A stretch of DNA of 32,000 nucleotides from positions 2,460,001 through 2,492,000 of the forward strand of contig NC_010628.1 in assembly GCF_000020025.1 (NCBI RefSeq), in the 5' to 3' direction. Position 1 is the stretch's first letter, and every line of letters begins with the position of its first letter. Source of the DNA: Nostoc punctiforme PCC 73102. GTDB lineage: Bacteria > Cyanobacteriota > Cyanobacteriia > Cyanobacteriales > Nostocaceae. Below, in pieces: positions 1-8,432 of the stretch. The notes beneath the pieces were generated by a model. That model did no database searches, was not told the DNA's origin, and saw nothing but the letters and a program-made list of their open reading frames with translations. The position numbers were made by a program, and so were the translations under genes.

Positions 1-545
1 TCTTTCACTGTGCGACCATGCAAACTCAACAAATCAATGTTGTGGCGATTGATTATATCTAGAATTTTGTAAAAGTTATCTGTATTTTCAAAGCCTACGC
101 GCATCTTGACAGTCAAAGGGCGATCGTTCACTGCCTGCCGCAATTCTGCTAAAATCCGATCTACTTTTTCTGGTGAGAGCAACAACCCACCCCCAACATT
201 TTTGCGATAGATTCTAGGTGCTGGACAGCCCATGTTCAAATCAACTCCAGCGATATTATAGCGACAGAGATCAATTGCTGTTCTTACTAAGTCTGGAATG
301 CTTTCGCCAATCATTTGAGCAAAAACGGGGCGACCCGTGTCGTTTTCGGTGATTGCTGCCAGAATGTTACGATTGAGCCGTGAGGTATCATTGACGCGGA
401 AATACTCGGTGAAGAAGTAGTCAGGGCTGCCGTAGTGGGCAATGACCTTCATAAACCAGAGGTTTGTCACATCCTGCATAGGCGCAAGAGCGGTGAGGGG
501 TAGGTATGGATGGAGCGATTGGGGGAGCGATACCTGGGACGACAT
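1..545 (-). CDS. tRNA-dihydrouridine synthase (Dus family), N-terminal part; continues beyond the left window edge
   Basis: Absent from the ORF track because it is open to position 1. My minus-strand translation from the ATG at 545..543 reads MSSQVSLPQSLHPYLPLTALAPMQDVTNLWFMKVIAHYGSPDYFFTEYFRV...GRPVFAQMIG...VDLNMGCPAPRIYRKNVGGGLL...LTVKMRVGF...LSLHGRTVKE. The APMxxVT, DLNxGCP and HGRT motifs are typical of Dus FMN TIM-barrel enzymes. Confidence 0.85.
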   Translation of the reverse strand, partial: MSSQVSLPQSLHPYLPLTALAPMQDVTNLWFMKVIAHYGSPDYFFTEYFRVNDTSRLNRNILAAITENDTGRPVFAQMIGESIPDLVRTAIDLCRYNIAGVDLNMGCPAPRIYRKNVGGGLLLSPEKVDRILAELRQAVNDRPLTVKMRVGFENTDNFYKILDIINRHNIDLLSLHGRTVK

Positions 546-664
546 GAATATGAGAGCGTTTGACAAAGCATCACTCTATCAAAAAATGCTTACTAAAAGT
601 TGTAACCTTCGTCAGTTTTGCTGTAGGTGTAGATGCGATATCTACGATGGTCACTGAGCTTCTT

Positions 665-780
665 GTACTGAGCGCAGTCGTAAAGCCTACGGCATAACTA
701 CGCTTAGGGCGCAGCTTCTCGTAGAGAAGTATATCGTTCGTGCAGCGTCTTGTAGAGAAGTGCGGGCTACGCCTATGCTA
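665..780. repeat. Cluster of small dispersed cyanobacterial repeats
   Basis: Short palindrome gcttctcgtagagaagt, with a near copy cttgtagagaagt about 30 nt later. GGGCTACGCCTA (764-775) is the reverse complement of TAGGCGTAGCCC (1838-1849), part of the 1834-1863 repeat. Confidence 0.5.
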
Positions 781-867
781 GATAAAACTTGTAAGAGTTA
801 CACATCTGTTATCTATGTCAAATTAAGGTTAAAACCAGTAGGGACGCATAGATATACGTCTCTACAG

Positions 868-993
868 CCAATTAATATCAAGTCCGGTCAATCACTTATG
901 ATTACCGCATCTGTGCAAAAATCGGAAAAGCTTCTTTCCCCCTGCTCCCTGCGGTCTAAATGATAAGTCTTTAGCCGGACACGATATAATTGG
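868..993. mobile_element. MITE-like element with ~31-bp imperfect terminal inverted repeats
   Basis: Left end is CCAATTAATATCAAGTCCGGTCAATCACTTAT (868-899). Reverse complement of the right end (963-993) is CCAATTATATCGTGTCCGGCTAAAGACTTAT. About 25 of 31 positions match. No coding capacity inside. Confidence 0.45.
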
Positions 994-1088
994 TTATCAA
1001 GATTTTAAAAGCGAGTATAAAATCTTGTATAGCAGCAAGCAAAACAAGAATCATACCAATTAATCCCTCCGCCTAAAATCACATATTG

Positions 1089-1553
1089 TTATTCTCTAGC
1101 AATGACAATATCGTTCGACTTAATGACTGCATAAGCTTCTTTTCCCTCAGATAGTTCTAACTCTTCTGCCGAAGCTCTGGTGATAATTGAGGTTAATTCT
1201 ACTTTATGAATAATTTCCAGAGTTACCTCACTATTAACTGCTCCATAAACAACTCGTTTAACAACACCTTTAAGAATATTGCGAGAGCTAACTTTTAGTG
1301 ATTTCTTGGGAATAGTACTTTCTATGCCAGGCTTTTGAGTATAGTAAATATCTTCCTGTTTTTCCTGCTGAGTTGGTGGTAATACTGTTCCTGACGAGTG
1401 CTGAGTGAGACTACGCACAAGTTCTCGCAAAATCTCAGTCTTGGTACGTTGAGACTGTTCGCAAAACTCCTCTAGAATCTTCCGCTCGTCCTCTGAGGTT
1501 TGAAATGTAACCCATCCTTGTTCTTTTCTTGGCATAATAATATTATTTATCAA
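1089..1553 (-). CDS. Ribbon-helix-helix (CopG/Arc-like) N-terminal domain fused to a C-terminal TOBE/Mop domain; putative small-oxyanion-responsive DNA-binding protein
   Basis: N-terminus MPRKEQGWVTFQTSEDERKILEEFCEQSQRTKTEILRELVRSL fits a beta-strand plus two helices as in RHH proteins. C-terminus SSRNILKGVVKRVVYGAVNSEVTLEI...ELTSIITRASAEELELSEGKEAYAVIKSNDIVIA matches the TOBE/Mop pattern (N.l.G.V......g....v.l.....l.a.it..s...L.l..G..v.a.iKa..v.l). The true start may be the Met at 1535. Confidence 0.75.
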   Translation of the reverse strand: MINNIIMPRKEQGWVTFQTSEDERKILEEFCEQSQRTKTEILRELVRSLTQHSSGTVLPPTQQEKQEDIYYTQKPGIESTIPKKSLKVSSRNILKGVVKRVVYGAVNSEVTLEIIHKVELTSIITRASAEELELSEGKEAYAVIKSNDIVIARE

Positions 1554-1833
1554 TTTTGGTTATCTTGGTAAGATTCTACCAACTATCAATTCGATATGTC
1601 GTTTTAGTAATAACATTTTTTTTGCGAGAATTTTCGGCATTTTTTGCAAAATAAATCAACTAATCCGATCTAAATAACTACATAAATATTTATTTTTTTG
1701 TAGTTACAAAATATTTTGTTCCTTGAAAATGTCTAAGCATCACTATCTTTATAGTAACTAGGATAGTATGATATTAGCCTATGGTATTTGTCGAGATAGC
1801 GATTGCAGGGGTAATCTGGCAGAAAATTCCACT

Positions 1834-1863
1834 GGCGTAGGCGTAGCCCGTCGCAGACATCGC
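1834..1863. repeat. Dispersed repeat unit GGCGTAGGCGTAGCCCGTCGCAGACATCGC
   Basis: Its core TAGGCGTAGCCC (1838-1849) recurs in reverse complement at 764-775. Lies in the intergenic region between divergent genes. Confidence 0.45.
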
Positions 1864-1906
1864 GTGAGTGCCCTAGGATTATCTAACGTGAGTTCACAGC
1901 CGGGGG

Positions 1907-2704
1907 ATGAAACACCTAAAATCGCGTTCTCAAGACCTGCGGAGTTTATTTGAGAACAATATCACCATTGAATACGTCGCAGAACCCCTTAAAGCTATGC
2001 CAGCTAATGCGGAGGTGACAGAAGTGCTGCATTGGATGCAGGCACAAAATTTTGATGTTATCGGCGTTGAGACAGGAGATATTATAAGCGGTTATGTAGA
2101 ACGCTCCAGTTTGATTCAAGGTAAAAAAGGCAAGTGTGGCGACTATCAAAGGGTGTTTCATCCCAAAGAACTAATAGCCATTTCCACCCCACTGATAAAG
2201 TTGCTACCCATCCTGCAACAAACTCCACGATTGTTTGTCTTGGACTGCAATCAGGTAAGTGGTATTATTACATGTGGCGATTTGCAGAAAGCACCCGCGC
2301 GAATGCTGCTGTTTGGCTTGGTAACGCTCCTAGAAATGAATTTGCTGCGCCTGGTGCGGATTTACTATCCTCAAGATTCTTGGCAAAAAGTCCTCAAACC
2401 TGAGCGCTTAGAAGTTGCTCAACGGCTATGGCGAGAGAGTCAAGAAAGAAACGAAGCTACGGATTTGTTAGATTATCTGCAATTTTGTGATAAGCGAGAG
2501 TTGATTTTAAATCAGCCAGAACTTCTCCAGCAACTGGGATTAAAATCCAAACGGTTTGGTGAACGCTTCCTAAAGTCTGCTGAACAGTTGCGAAACCGAT
2601 TAGCTCACGCCCAAAATTTAGTTAGTGGGTCCTCTTGGACAGAGTTGATTTCTCTAGCAGAGGCGATGGAAACGCTGTTAATTCTCTGTGAGGAAGTTGA
2701 GTGA
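1907..2704 (+). CDS. CBS-pair domain protein with a C-terminal helical domain carrying an RNxxAH (HEPN-type, Swt1-like) motif
   Basis: Two CBS-like units, each ending in the usual G-h-h-(T/S)-x-x-D/S-h pattern: ...VIGVETGDIISGYVERSSL and ...FVLDCNQVSGIITCGDLQK. The C-terminal ~130 aa are helical and contain LRNRLAHAQNL (R229-H234, nt 2591-2608), an R-x4-H motif with Asn after the Arg. Confidence 0.7.
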   Translation: MKHLKSRSQDLRSLFENNITIEYVAEPLKAMPANAEVTEVLHWMQAQNFDVIGVETGDIISGYVERSSLIQGKKGKCGDYQRVFHPKELIAISTPLIKLLPILQQTPRLFVLDCNQVSGIITCGDLQKAPARMLLFGLVTLLEMNLLRLVRIYYPQDSWQKVLKPERLEVAQRLWRESQERNEATDLLDYLQFCDKRELILNQPELLQQLGLKSKRFGERFLKSAEQLRNRLAHAQNLVSGSSWTELISLAEAMETLLILCEEVE

Positions 2705-2835
2705 AGTAGTCAGCTTTCCATAACACCATTGAACCAGCTTGTCAAATCCTCTGCTGTCGAGAAATCTAATAGCGCCTCTTAAGAGTTAAAGCATTAAGTA
2801 AGAAATATCAGAGTTTGCGATAATGTAAATGAGCT

Positions 2836-3390
2836 TTAACCTGGCTTGTTGAGTGAATCGCTAACTTGAGTACCTGTATAATTGGGAACCCAACCCTCTG
2901 CGATCGCAAAATAGCGTACTGCTTTGAAATTCAACGATGCAGTTGGACTGCACCAATGCTCAACGTCAGCGGGGATGTAAAGATAGTCTTGTGCCTGAAC
3001 TAAAAGCTGTACCTGACTGCCATCAGGCCGCACGAAGCCATAGATCATTTCTCCTGCCAACACGTAGAGGGGTTCAGGCGCAGGATGAGTATGGTAACGG
3101 CCGTAGGTTGCTATTAGATGGTGAAGATTAAAGGAACCTGGATGCACATTTAACAAGTCACACCAGATAGCGCCATTTTCTTGCTGAAGAAATTCAAAAA
3201 CGCTGTTATGGAGTTCTACACAATAATGTTTCTCCGATTCAGTTAAAACGTCCTGGCTTAACAGATTGGGGAAGAGTAGCGATGTTCCTGGATTGTAGTG
3301 TCTGAGTTGAATGCCAAAAGGCGCAAGTTCACGAGCTATTTCGCCTAAATCGCTCTCAATCGTACCGTCGTCAAGTAGTAGGTTAGCCAT
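2836..3390 (-). CDS. Cupin-fold protein, acireductone dioxygenase (ARD/MtnD)-like
   Basis: HTHPAPE (HxH-x3-E) and VEHW supply the ARD-type His/His/Glu/His metal ligands. The C-terminal NFKAVRYFAIAEGWVPNYTG parallels the ARD tail (NFtAIRiF..peGW.a.ftG). Confidence 0.7.
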   Translation of the reverse strand: MANLLLDDGTIESDLGEIARELAPFGIQLRHYNPGTSLLFPNLLSQDVLTESEKHYCVELHNSVFEFLQQENGAIWCDLLNVHPGSFNLHHLIATYGRYHTHPAPEPLYVLAGEMIYGFVRPDGSQVQLLVQAQDYLYIPADVEHWCSPTASLNFKAVRYFAIAEGWVPNYTGTQVSDSLNKPG

Positions 3391-3562
3391 GACAAAAAGA
3401 CTAATTAACTGTTAAGAAAAGTATACTCTATCTTTGAACTAAAAAATCACTATTCCCGACTGACAAACCGGGGAATAGGGAATGGGGAGCAGGAAAGGAT
3501 TAGGGGACGAGGGGGACAAGGAGAAATTATTGAATAAGTCTCTTCTTTGTCTCTTCTCTATG

Positions 3563-3615
3563 CCCAATACCCAATACCCAATACCCAATACCCAATACCC
3601 AATACCCAATACCCA
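3563..3615. repeat. Tandem heptanucleotide array (CCCAATA) x7 plus a partial unit; STRR-like
   Basis: Seven perfect head-to-tail copies counted from 3563 to 3611, followed by CCCAT. Lies between the divergent cupin and photolyase genes, and is preceded by a G-rich purine tract at 3470-3530. Confidence 0.95.
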
Positions 3616-3702
3616 TTTACAGAATATAATTTATCGCCAGAATGATGTTCATTGGTACCACCAGCATCTAAGCTAGTACGGGTGAACTATATACAGCATA
3701 AA

Positions 3703-5148
3703 ATGTCTGACTTAATTCTGTTTTGGCATCGGCGCGATTTACGCATTTCTGACAACACGGGGCTGGCTGCGGCAAAACGGCGGAGTCCGAAGGTGGTGGG
3801 CGTGTTTTGCCTCGATCCACATATTCTAGAACGGGATGATGTTGCTCCTGTGAGAGTAACTTATATGATTGGCTGTTTGCAGAAACTCCAAGAGCGATAT
3901 GCTCAAGTTGGTAGCCAGTTGTTAATACTCCACGCCGATCCTGTACAAGCTATACCAGCTTTAGCAGAGGCAATAAATGCCAAAGCTGTTTTTTGGAATT
4001 GGGATGTAGAACCTTATTCACAAGAACGCGATCGCACTATTATAAATGCCCTCAAAGAAAAAGGTATTGAGTTTCTTAATCAAAACTGGGATCAAATCCT
4101 CAACTCCCCAGATGAGATCCGCACCGGTGGTAACAGTCCTTACACAGTTTATACCCCCTTCTGGAAAAATTGGATTACCAAACCGAAAGCGAACCCAGTT
4201 GAAACACTGCAAAATGTTGAGGGATTAACAGAAGCTGAACAAGAAATTGCCAAACTTTCAGGTTCTTTGACATTACCTTCAGCGAAAGATTTAGGGTTTA
4301 TTTGGGATGAACAATTAATTATTTCACCAGGAGAGGCGGCGGCACAAGAACGATTAGAAGAATTTACCAATAAAGCTATTACTGAATACCAAGAACAGAG
4401 AAATTTCCCCGCAGTTGACGGAACATCACAACTAAGTGCAGCATTAAAATTTGGCGTAATTGGCATTCGCACCGTTTGGCAAGCCACCATCGAAGCACTA
4501 GAAAATAGTCGCAGTGAGGAAACAGCAGTTAATATTCGCACATGGCAACAGGAATTAGCCTGGCGGGAGTTTTATCAACATGCAATGTATAACTTCCCGG
4601 AATTAGCTGATGGTGCTTTCCGCGACACCTTTAAGAACTTTCCTTGGGAAACTAATGAAGAACATTTCCAAGCTTGGTGTGAAGGAAGAACTGGCTACCC
4701 CATTGTGGATGCAGCAATGCGCCAGATGAATGAAAGTGGCTGGATGCACAACCGTTGTCGAATGATTGTTGCTAGTTTCCTTACCAAAGACTTGCTAATT
4801 AATCCCCAATTGGGAGAAAAATACTTTATGAAGCACCTGATTGATGGTGATTTATCTGCTAATAATGGCGGTTGGCAATGGAGTGCTTCTAGTGGTATGG
4901 ATCCGAAACCTGTGCGAATTTTCAACCCAGCTAGTCAAACACAAAAATTTGATCCAGAAGGGGAATATATTCGGCAATGGGTATCAGAATTAAGGTCTGT
5001 AGATACAGAATATTTAGTTACTGGGAAAATTCCACCTTTAGAACGTCATGCTGTTGGCTATCCTGACCCAATTGTGGATCATAAAATACAACAAAACCAG
5101 TTTAAACTGCGTTATCAACAACAAAAAAATACTAGTGGTGGTGAGTAA
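3703..5148 (+). CDS. phr: Deoxyribodipyrimidine photo-lyase (class I CPD photolyase)
   Basis: [21 protein letters not shown] at the N-terminus. FAD-binding region [35 protein letters not shown]...[29 protein letters not shown] chose the Met at 3703 over the track start at 3652, which overlaps the repeat region. Confidence 0.95.
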   Translation: MSDLILFWHRRDLRISDNTGLAAAKRRSPKVVGVFCLDPHILERDDVAPVRVTYMIGCLQKLQERYAQVGSQLLILHADPVQAIPALAEAINAKAVFWNWDVEPYSQERDRTIINALKEKGIEFLNQNWDQILNSPDEIRTGGNSPYTVYTPFWKNWITKPKANPVETLQNVEGLTEAEQEIAKLSGSLTLPSAKDLGFIWDEQLIISPGEAAAQERLEEFTNKAITEYQEQRNFPAVDGTSQLSAALKFGVIGIRTVWQATIEALENSRSEETAVNIRTWQQELAWREFYQHAMYNFPELADGAFRDTFKNFPWETNEEHFQAWCEGRTGYPIVDAAMRQMNESGWMHNRCRMIVASFLTKDLLINPQLGEKYFMKHLIDGDLSANNGGWQWSASSGMDPKPVRIFNPASQTQKFDPEGEYIRQWVSELRSVDTEYLVTGKIPPLERHAVGYPDPIVDHKIQQNQFKLRYQQQKNTSGGE

Positions 5149-5210
5149 GATAGTTGGTTTTTAATATTTATTCATAGCATCTCTGGCTAATCAAACTTAC
5201 TTCAAAAACT

Positions 5211-5383
5211 TTTGTAGTCAGGACTTCAGTCTTGATTTTGCTCGCGTAGCGTCTCGGAGAAAGGACTAAAGTCTTTACTACTAGGACTTACGCAAAAAAC
5301 CTCTCAAACTCTTATTCCTCCGTGTCCTCTGCGTCCTCTGTGGTTCGATTTTCCGTTGCTTGTGCGTAAGTCCTGACTACAAA
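5211..5383. mobile_element. MITE-like nested palindromic repeat element
   Basis: Perfect 16-bp terminal inverted repeat: TTTGTAGTCAGGACTT (5211-5226) and AAGTCCTGACTACAAA (5368-5383). A second inner pair is AGGACTTACGCA (5283-5294) and TGCGTAAGTCCT (5363-5374). Non-coding. Confidence 0.6.
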
Positions 5384-5411
5384 CATATCAAATATTTTAA
5401 CGGGTATCAGA

Positions 5412-6389
5412 TTACGTCTTGATAGGTACACGAGAAATTGTCCATAAGATGAGCAAAAAGATTAAGTAAATTGTGCCAACCAATCCAAACTCAATCAGAG
5501 GAATATAGGTTACTTCGTAAATTCTGCCCAAGCCGCGTTCAGTAAGTCCATAAACGACCATTACACTGACTAAAAAGGCTGCGTAGATAGCACGTTTAGT
5601 CCAGATACCAACAGGTAGACCGTGGAGTTGGGTAAGTACTAAAATGCCAAGAAAACCAAAGAGAAATGTTGGCCACTTGCTTTGTCCTAGCATCAAAGAC
5701 ACAACTACACTATGTAAAAGCACTGAAATTTCTAAAGTGAATGTCCACCAACGGTTGACATGGGCGCGGTTAAATATCAACGACGATTGGAGGAGAAGCA
5801 AGAACATATAGAGGAAACCAATTAAATGCCCTACAGTCGCTTCCATTGGATGATACCAGAAGGTGTAGATGGCGGCAAAGGAGAAAAAGTAGCCGTGGTA
5901 CAGCTTGATAATTTGCAAAAACTGTTGATGGAATGGAACAGAATTGCCAAAAAACAAACCGCGTCGAGGCGTTTCTAAAATCAGTACGAACACCAGTAAC
6001 AGTACAACTGCACCTTGAGAAGCCCAAATTGAAGTATCTTGAGCGAGAGCATCGTACCAAATATAGGTCTGGAAGAAGTGTAAAGCGATGAATATACCAT
6101 TGATGGCAAGCATGAGATAATTTATCGGGTGCAGGGCTGATTTGTATTTCAACTGCGATCGCTGCGCCCACAAGATACACGCCCAGATGCTAAACTGATG
6201 CCCAATGTACATACCCCAAGCCGTCGCTCGACTCCAAAAGGTTGGTTGGGGAAGCTTCCAGTAGTACCAGTTTAATCCTTGGTCAGGAAGTTTGATGATG
6301 CTTGCAGGAATGCTCCCACCGATCCAAATTGCGTAGGTCAGGAGGATGCTTACAAAGATGCCTAAAAATAATACTCGGCGACCTGTCAT
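5412..6389 (-). CDS. Polytopic integral membrane protein, unknown function
   Basis: About nine hydrophobic segments, rich in aromatic residues, with no motif I recognise. I prefer the start at MTGRRVLFLGIF (6389), because the track start at 6425 lies inside the AATTCGTAAT repeat cluster. Confidence 0.7.
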   Translation of the reverse strand: MTGRRVLFLGIFVSILLTYAIWIGGSIPASIIKLPDQGLNWYYWKLPQPTFWSRATAWGMYIGHQFSIWACILWAQRSQLKYKSALHPINYLMLAINGIFIALHFFQTYIWYDALAQDTSIWASQGAVVLLLVFVLILETPRRGLFFGNSVPFHQQFLQIIKLYHGYFFSFAAIYTFWYHPMEATVGHLIGFLYMFLLLLQSSLIFNRAHVNRWWTFTLEISVLLHSVVVSLMLGQSKWPTFLFGFLGILVLTQLHGLPVGIWTKRAIYAAFLVSVMVVYGLTERGLGRIYEVTYIPLIEFGLVGTIYLIFLLILWTISRVPIKT

Positions 6390-6395
6390 ATTATT

Positions 6396-6457
6396 AATTC
6401 GTAATTCGTAATGACGCTCGAACACTCGCTAACGCTGCGCTAACGTAATTCGTAATG
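6396..6457. repeat. Short repeat cluster: AATTCGTAAT x3 and CGCTAACG x2
   Basis: Sequence reads aattcgtaattcgtaatgacgctcgaacactcgctaacgctgcgctaacgtaattcgtaatg. Related AATTCGTAAT / ATTACGAATT motifs occur at about 8190-8240 and 8650-8665. Confidence 0.6.
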
Positions 6458-6490
6458 TTTAATAACAAGAGGAGAATAACCCTCTCAAAG

Positions 6491-6559
6491 TCCTCCTTTT
6501 TAAGGAGGATTTAGGAGGATCTAAAGTTTTGGATACATCAGCAATAACTTTAGATCCTC
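6491..6559 (-). terminator. Two adjacent hairpins downstream of the MFS gene; candidate terminator or RNA-stability element
   Basis: Perfect 14-bp stem GAGGATCTAAAGTT (6515-6528) / AACTTTAGATCCTC (6546-6559) with a 17-nt loop. A second 8-bp stem is TCCTCCTT (6491-6498) / AAGGAGGA (6502-6509) with a TTT loop. No clear U-tract on the minus strand, so confidence is low. Confidence 0.35.
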
Positions 6560-6573
6560 TAATGCCTGGATTG

Positions 6574-7794
6574 TCAGGCTATACGTTCTTTGTTTGATTC
6601 AGATGCACTTTTAGTAACTCGTAAACTAAGAGCCAAAGCTACTATCATTACTAAAAATCCGCTCAAAAAAGGAGAATCACTCCCAAATTTCATAAAACTA
6701 ATCCCTGCCCAAGTTGGCCCAACGATGCGTGCTAAGGCAGAACAAGAACTGGCAATTCCTAATATTTGCCCTTGCTCTTCTGGGGCTGTCATCTGGGAAA
6801 TTAGGCTATTCAATATTGGTTGACTGACACTAATTCCCCATGCAACAAGTGTAGTAGCGACCAACAATAAAATTAAGCTTTGTGAGAATCCAATTAGCAG
6901 TAATCCTAAACCTAAACCTAATATCCCCAGGGTAAGTAATTTGATTTCACCAAAGTGTTTCTTGAGAAATCCGATTAGTCCTCCTTGAACGATTGTGCTA
7001 ACAATCCCCATGAAAGCAAAAAGATAACTAGTTTGTTGAGGGCCCCAGTTTAATTGCTGCTTAGACCATAAAGCTAATGTAGAGTCCATAGCTGCAACTG
7101 CAAAGGTAACAAAAAAGTAGATGCCTACAAGCACACAAAACTGTGGACGCTGTGACAGTTGTAATAAGTTCAGCCGTCGCCTGCGGTGGCGATTAGCTTG
7201 CATTTTGGCTTTAGTCTCAGAATTTAGAGACTCAGGAAGTAACGTTAAAGCACAAAGCAATGCGAATAAAGATAATCCACCTGAGAACAACGACGGTAAA
7301 TGAAAGTTAGCGTTGTCTGGATCTGACCCGATGAGAAAACCTCCAATAGCTGGGCCAAGAATGAAGCCAAGACCAAAAGCTGCTCCGATTATGCCCATAC
7401 CACGGGCTCGATTAGCTGGCGTGGTAATATCTGCAATGTATGCCTGAGCAGTACTAATATTTCCTGCCATAATTCCCGCAAGACTACGAGCAAGAAACAA
7501 CATCCATAATGAGTTAGCAAAGCCTAAGCCTGCGTATGCTATTACAGAACCGAATAAGGTCAGTAATAAAATCGGACGACGACCGTAGCGATCGCTAAAT
7601 CTGCCCCATAATGGTGCAAATAAAAACTGCATTAAAGAATAAATAGCTACAAGTAGAGTGGCTTCATTAGGTTTTGCGCCGAATTGTTCAGCATATAAAG
7701 GCAGTATCGGCAGAATAATTCCAAAGCCCAACAGGTCTATAAATACAGTCAAAAATAAGACCAATATAGGCCTGCTATTATTTTTGCTCTCCAT
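6574..7794 (-). CDS. MFS transporter, drug:H+ antiporter (TCR/Tet-like, 12-TM)
   Basis: MFS motif A GRFSDRYGRRPILL between TM2 and TM3. Motif-C-like GPAIGGFL. Twelve hydrophobic segments. Confidence 0.9.
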   Translation of the reverse strand: MESKNNSRPILVLFLTVFIDLLGFGIILPILPLYAEQFGAKPNEATLLVAIYSLMQFLFAPLWGRFSDRYGRRPILLLTLFGSVIAYAGLGFANSLWMLFLARSLAGIMAGNISTAQAYIADITTPANRARGMGIIGAAFGLGFILGPAIGGFLIGSDPDNANFHLPSLFSGGLSLFALLCALTLLPESLNSETKAKMQANRHRRRRLNLLQLSQRPQFCVLVGIYFFVTFAVAAMDSTLALWSKQQLNWGPQQTSYLFAFMGIVSTIVQGGLIGFLKKHFGEIKLLTLGILGLGLGLLLIGFSQSLILLLVATTLVAWGISVSQPILNSLISQMTAPEEQGQILGIASSCSALARIVGPTWAGISFMKFGSDSPFLSGFLVMIVALALSLRVTKSASESNKERIA

Positions 7795-7893
7795 AGTGCA
7801 ATTCCCTTTTCTAAAAAATATGTGTAACTTTGATGGGTTGTATGTACAGCAGGGAATCCTGGCCTGTAAAGACCTATTGAATGCAATCAGTAA

Positions 7894-8067
7894 TCAGTTC
7901 AAGCAAAATGCGTGAATTTGAGCGTGATTAAGCGAAATAGCGTGGAATAAACCCATTATAAAAATTAAGCCAGTAATACTACTAATAAAAGCAACTACGA
8001 TCTCGTGCTTCCGTATAGCTTTTTGTATCTTGGCTTCTATGATGTGTTCGACTTCTTTGTATGACAT
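7894..8067 (-). CDS. Possible 57-aa single-pass membrane protein (below the ORF-track cutoff)
   Basis: My translation is MSYKEVEHIIEAKIQKAIRKHEIVVAFISSITGLIFIMGLFHAISLNHAQIHAFCLN. It has one hydrophobic segment. No homology is recognisable and there is no strong SD. Confidence 0.25.
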   Translation of the reverse strand: MSYKEVEHIIEAKIQKAIRKHEIVVAFISSITGLIFIMGLFHAISLNHAQIHAFCLN

Positions 8068-8289
8068 TGACTTTAATTTGGCTAAAGCTCAAAATGTTGT
8101 GGAACTTACCTCTGATAGAAGTTGGAGTATGTCTGGAACTTCAAACTTCTTTAATCACGAGCTATTTCGACGCTGTGTGAGCCTCAAAATAATTCGTAAT
8201 TGTTCGTGACGTTAACGAGTTTTTCTAACGTCATTCGTACTTACAATCAGCGTTAGATTGATTTCCGTAACATAAATTACCCGATCGAT

Positions 8290-8432
8290 CTATTGGGCAG
8301 GGTAAATGCATCTAAAGTATAAGAATCCTTTAAGAGCAAAGGTTTTGACGTTTTTTGAATTAGCCTATTTTTCGTCAAGATCCTTATACAGCAAGAATTT
8401 CTGAAATACCGTGCGATCGCCCTGACCTATTG
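8290..8432. repeat. Possible small MITE-like repeat
   Basis: CTATTGGGCAGGG (8290-8302) against the reverse complement of CCCTGACCTATTG (8420-8432) matches 10 of 13. The interior TCCTTTAAGAGCAAAGG / TCCTTATACAGCAAG motif resembles TCCTTATAAGAGCGAA at about 10363. Confidence 0.3.

Noticed and set aside
442-657. 71-aa plus-strand ORF
   Set aside because: It overlaps, in antisense, the well-supported Dus N-terminus (minus strand, start at 545). It has no recognisable motif.
1089-2704. The RHH protein plus the HEPN-motif protein as a toxin-antitoxin pair
   Set aside because: The genes are divergently transcribed and about 350 bp apart, not an overlapping operon. The RHH protein carries a TOBE sensor domain and the HEPN candidate is 265 aa with CBS domains. 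None of this fits a classical type II TA layout.
3470-3615. Possible CRISPR array or other spaced repeats
   Set aside because: The repeats are contiguous 7-mers without spacers. No 25-40-nt repeat/spacer periodicity and no cas genes occur anywhere in the window.
3482-3676. 64-aa ORF (…PNTQYPIPNTQYPIPNT…)
   Set aside because: The periodic peptide is simply the translation of the CCCAATA heptamer array. It has no coding signal.
5330-5360. tRNA-like GGTTCGATT (T-arm-like) motif
   Set aside because: No acceptor stem, D-arm or anticodon arm can be built around it. It lies inside the palindromic MITE-like repeat.
5770-6180. 136-aa ORF in another frame of the minus strand inside the membrane-protein gene. 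Similar shadow ORFs occur inside the RND, MFP, kinase, photolyase and GH13 genes (for example 11127-11468, 13065-13382, 16773-17120, 17344-17742, 4149-4541, 29251-29637).
   Set aside because: All are embedded in longer ORFs with strong family signatures. They have low-complexity or implausible sequences.
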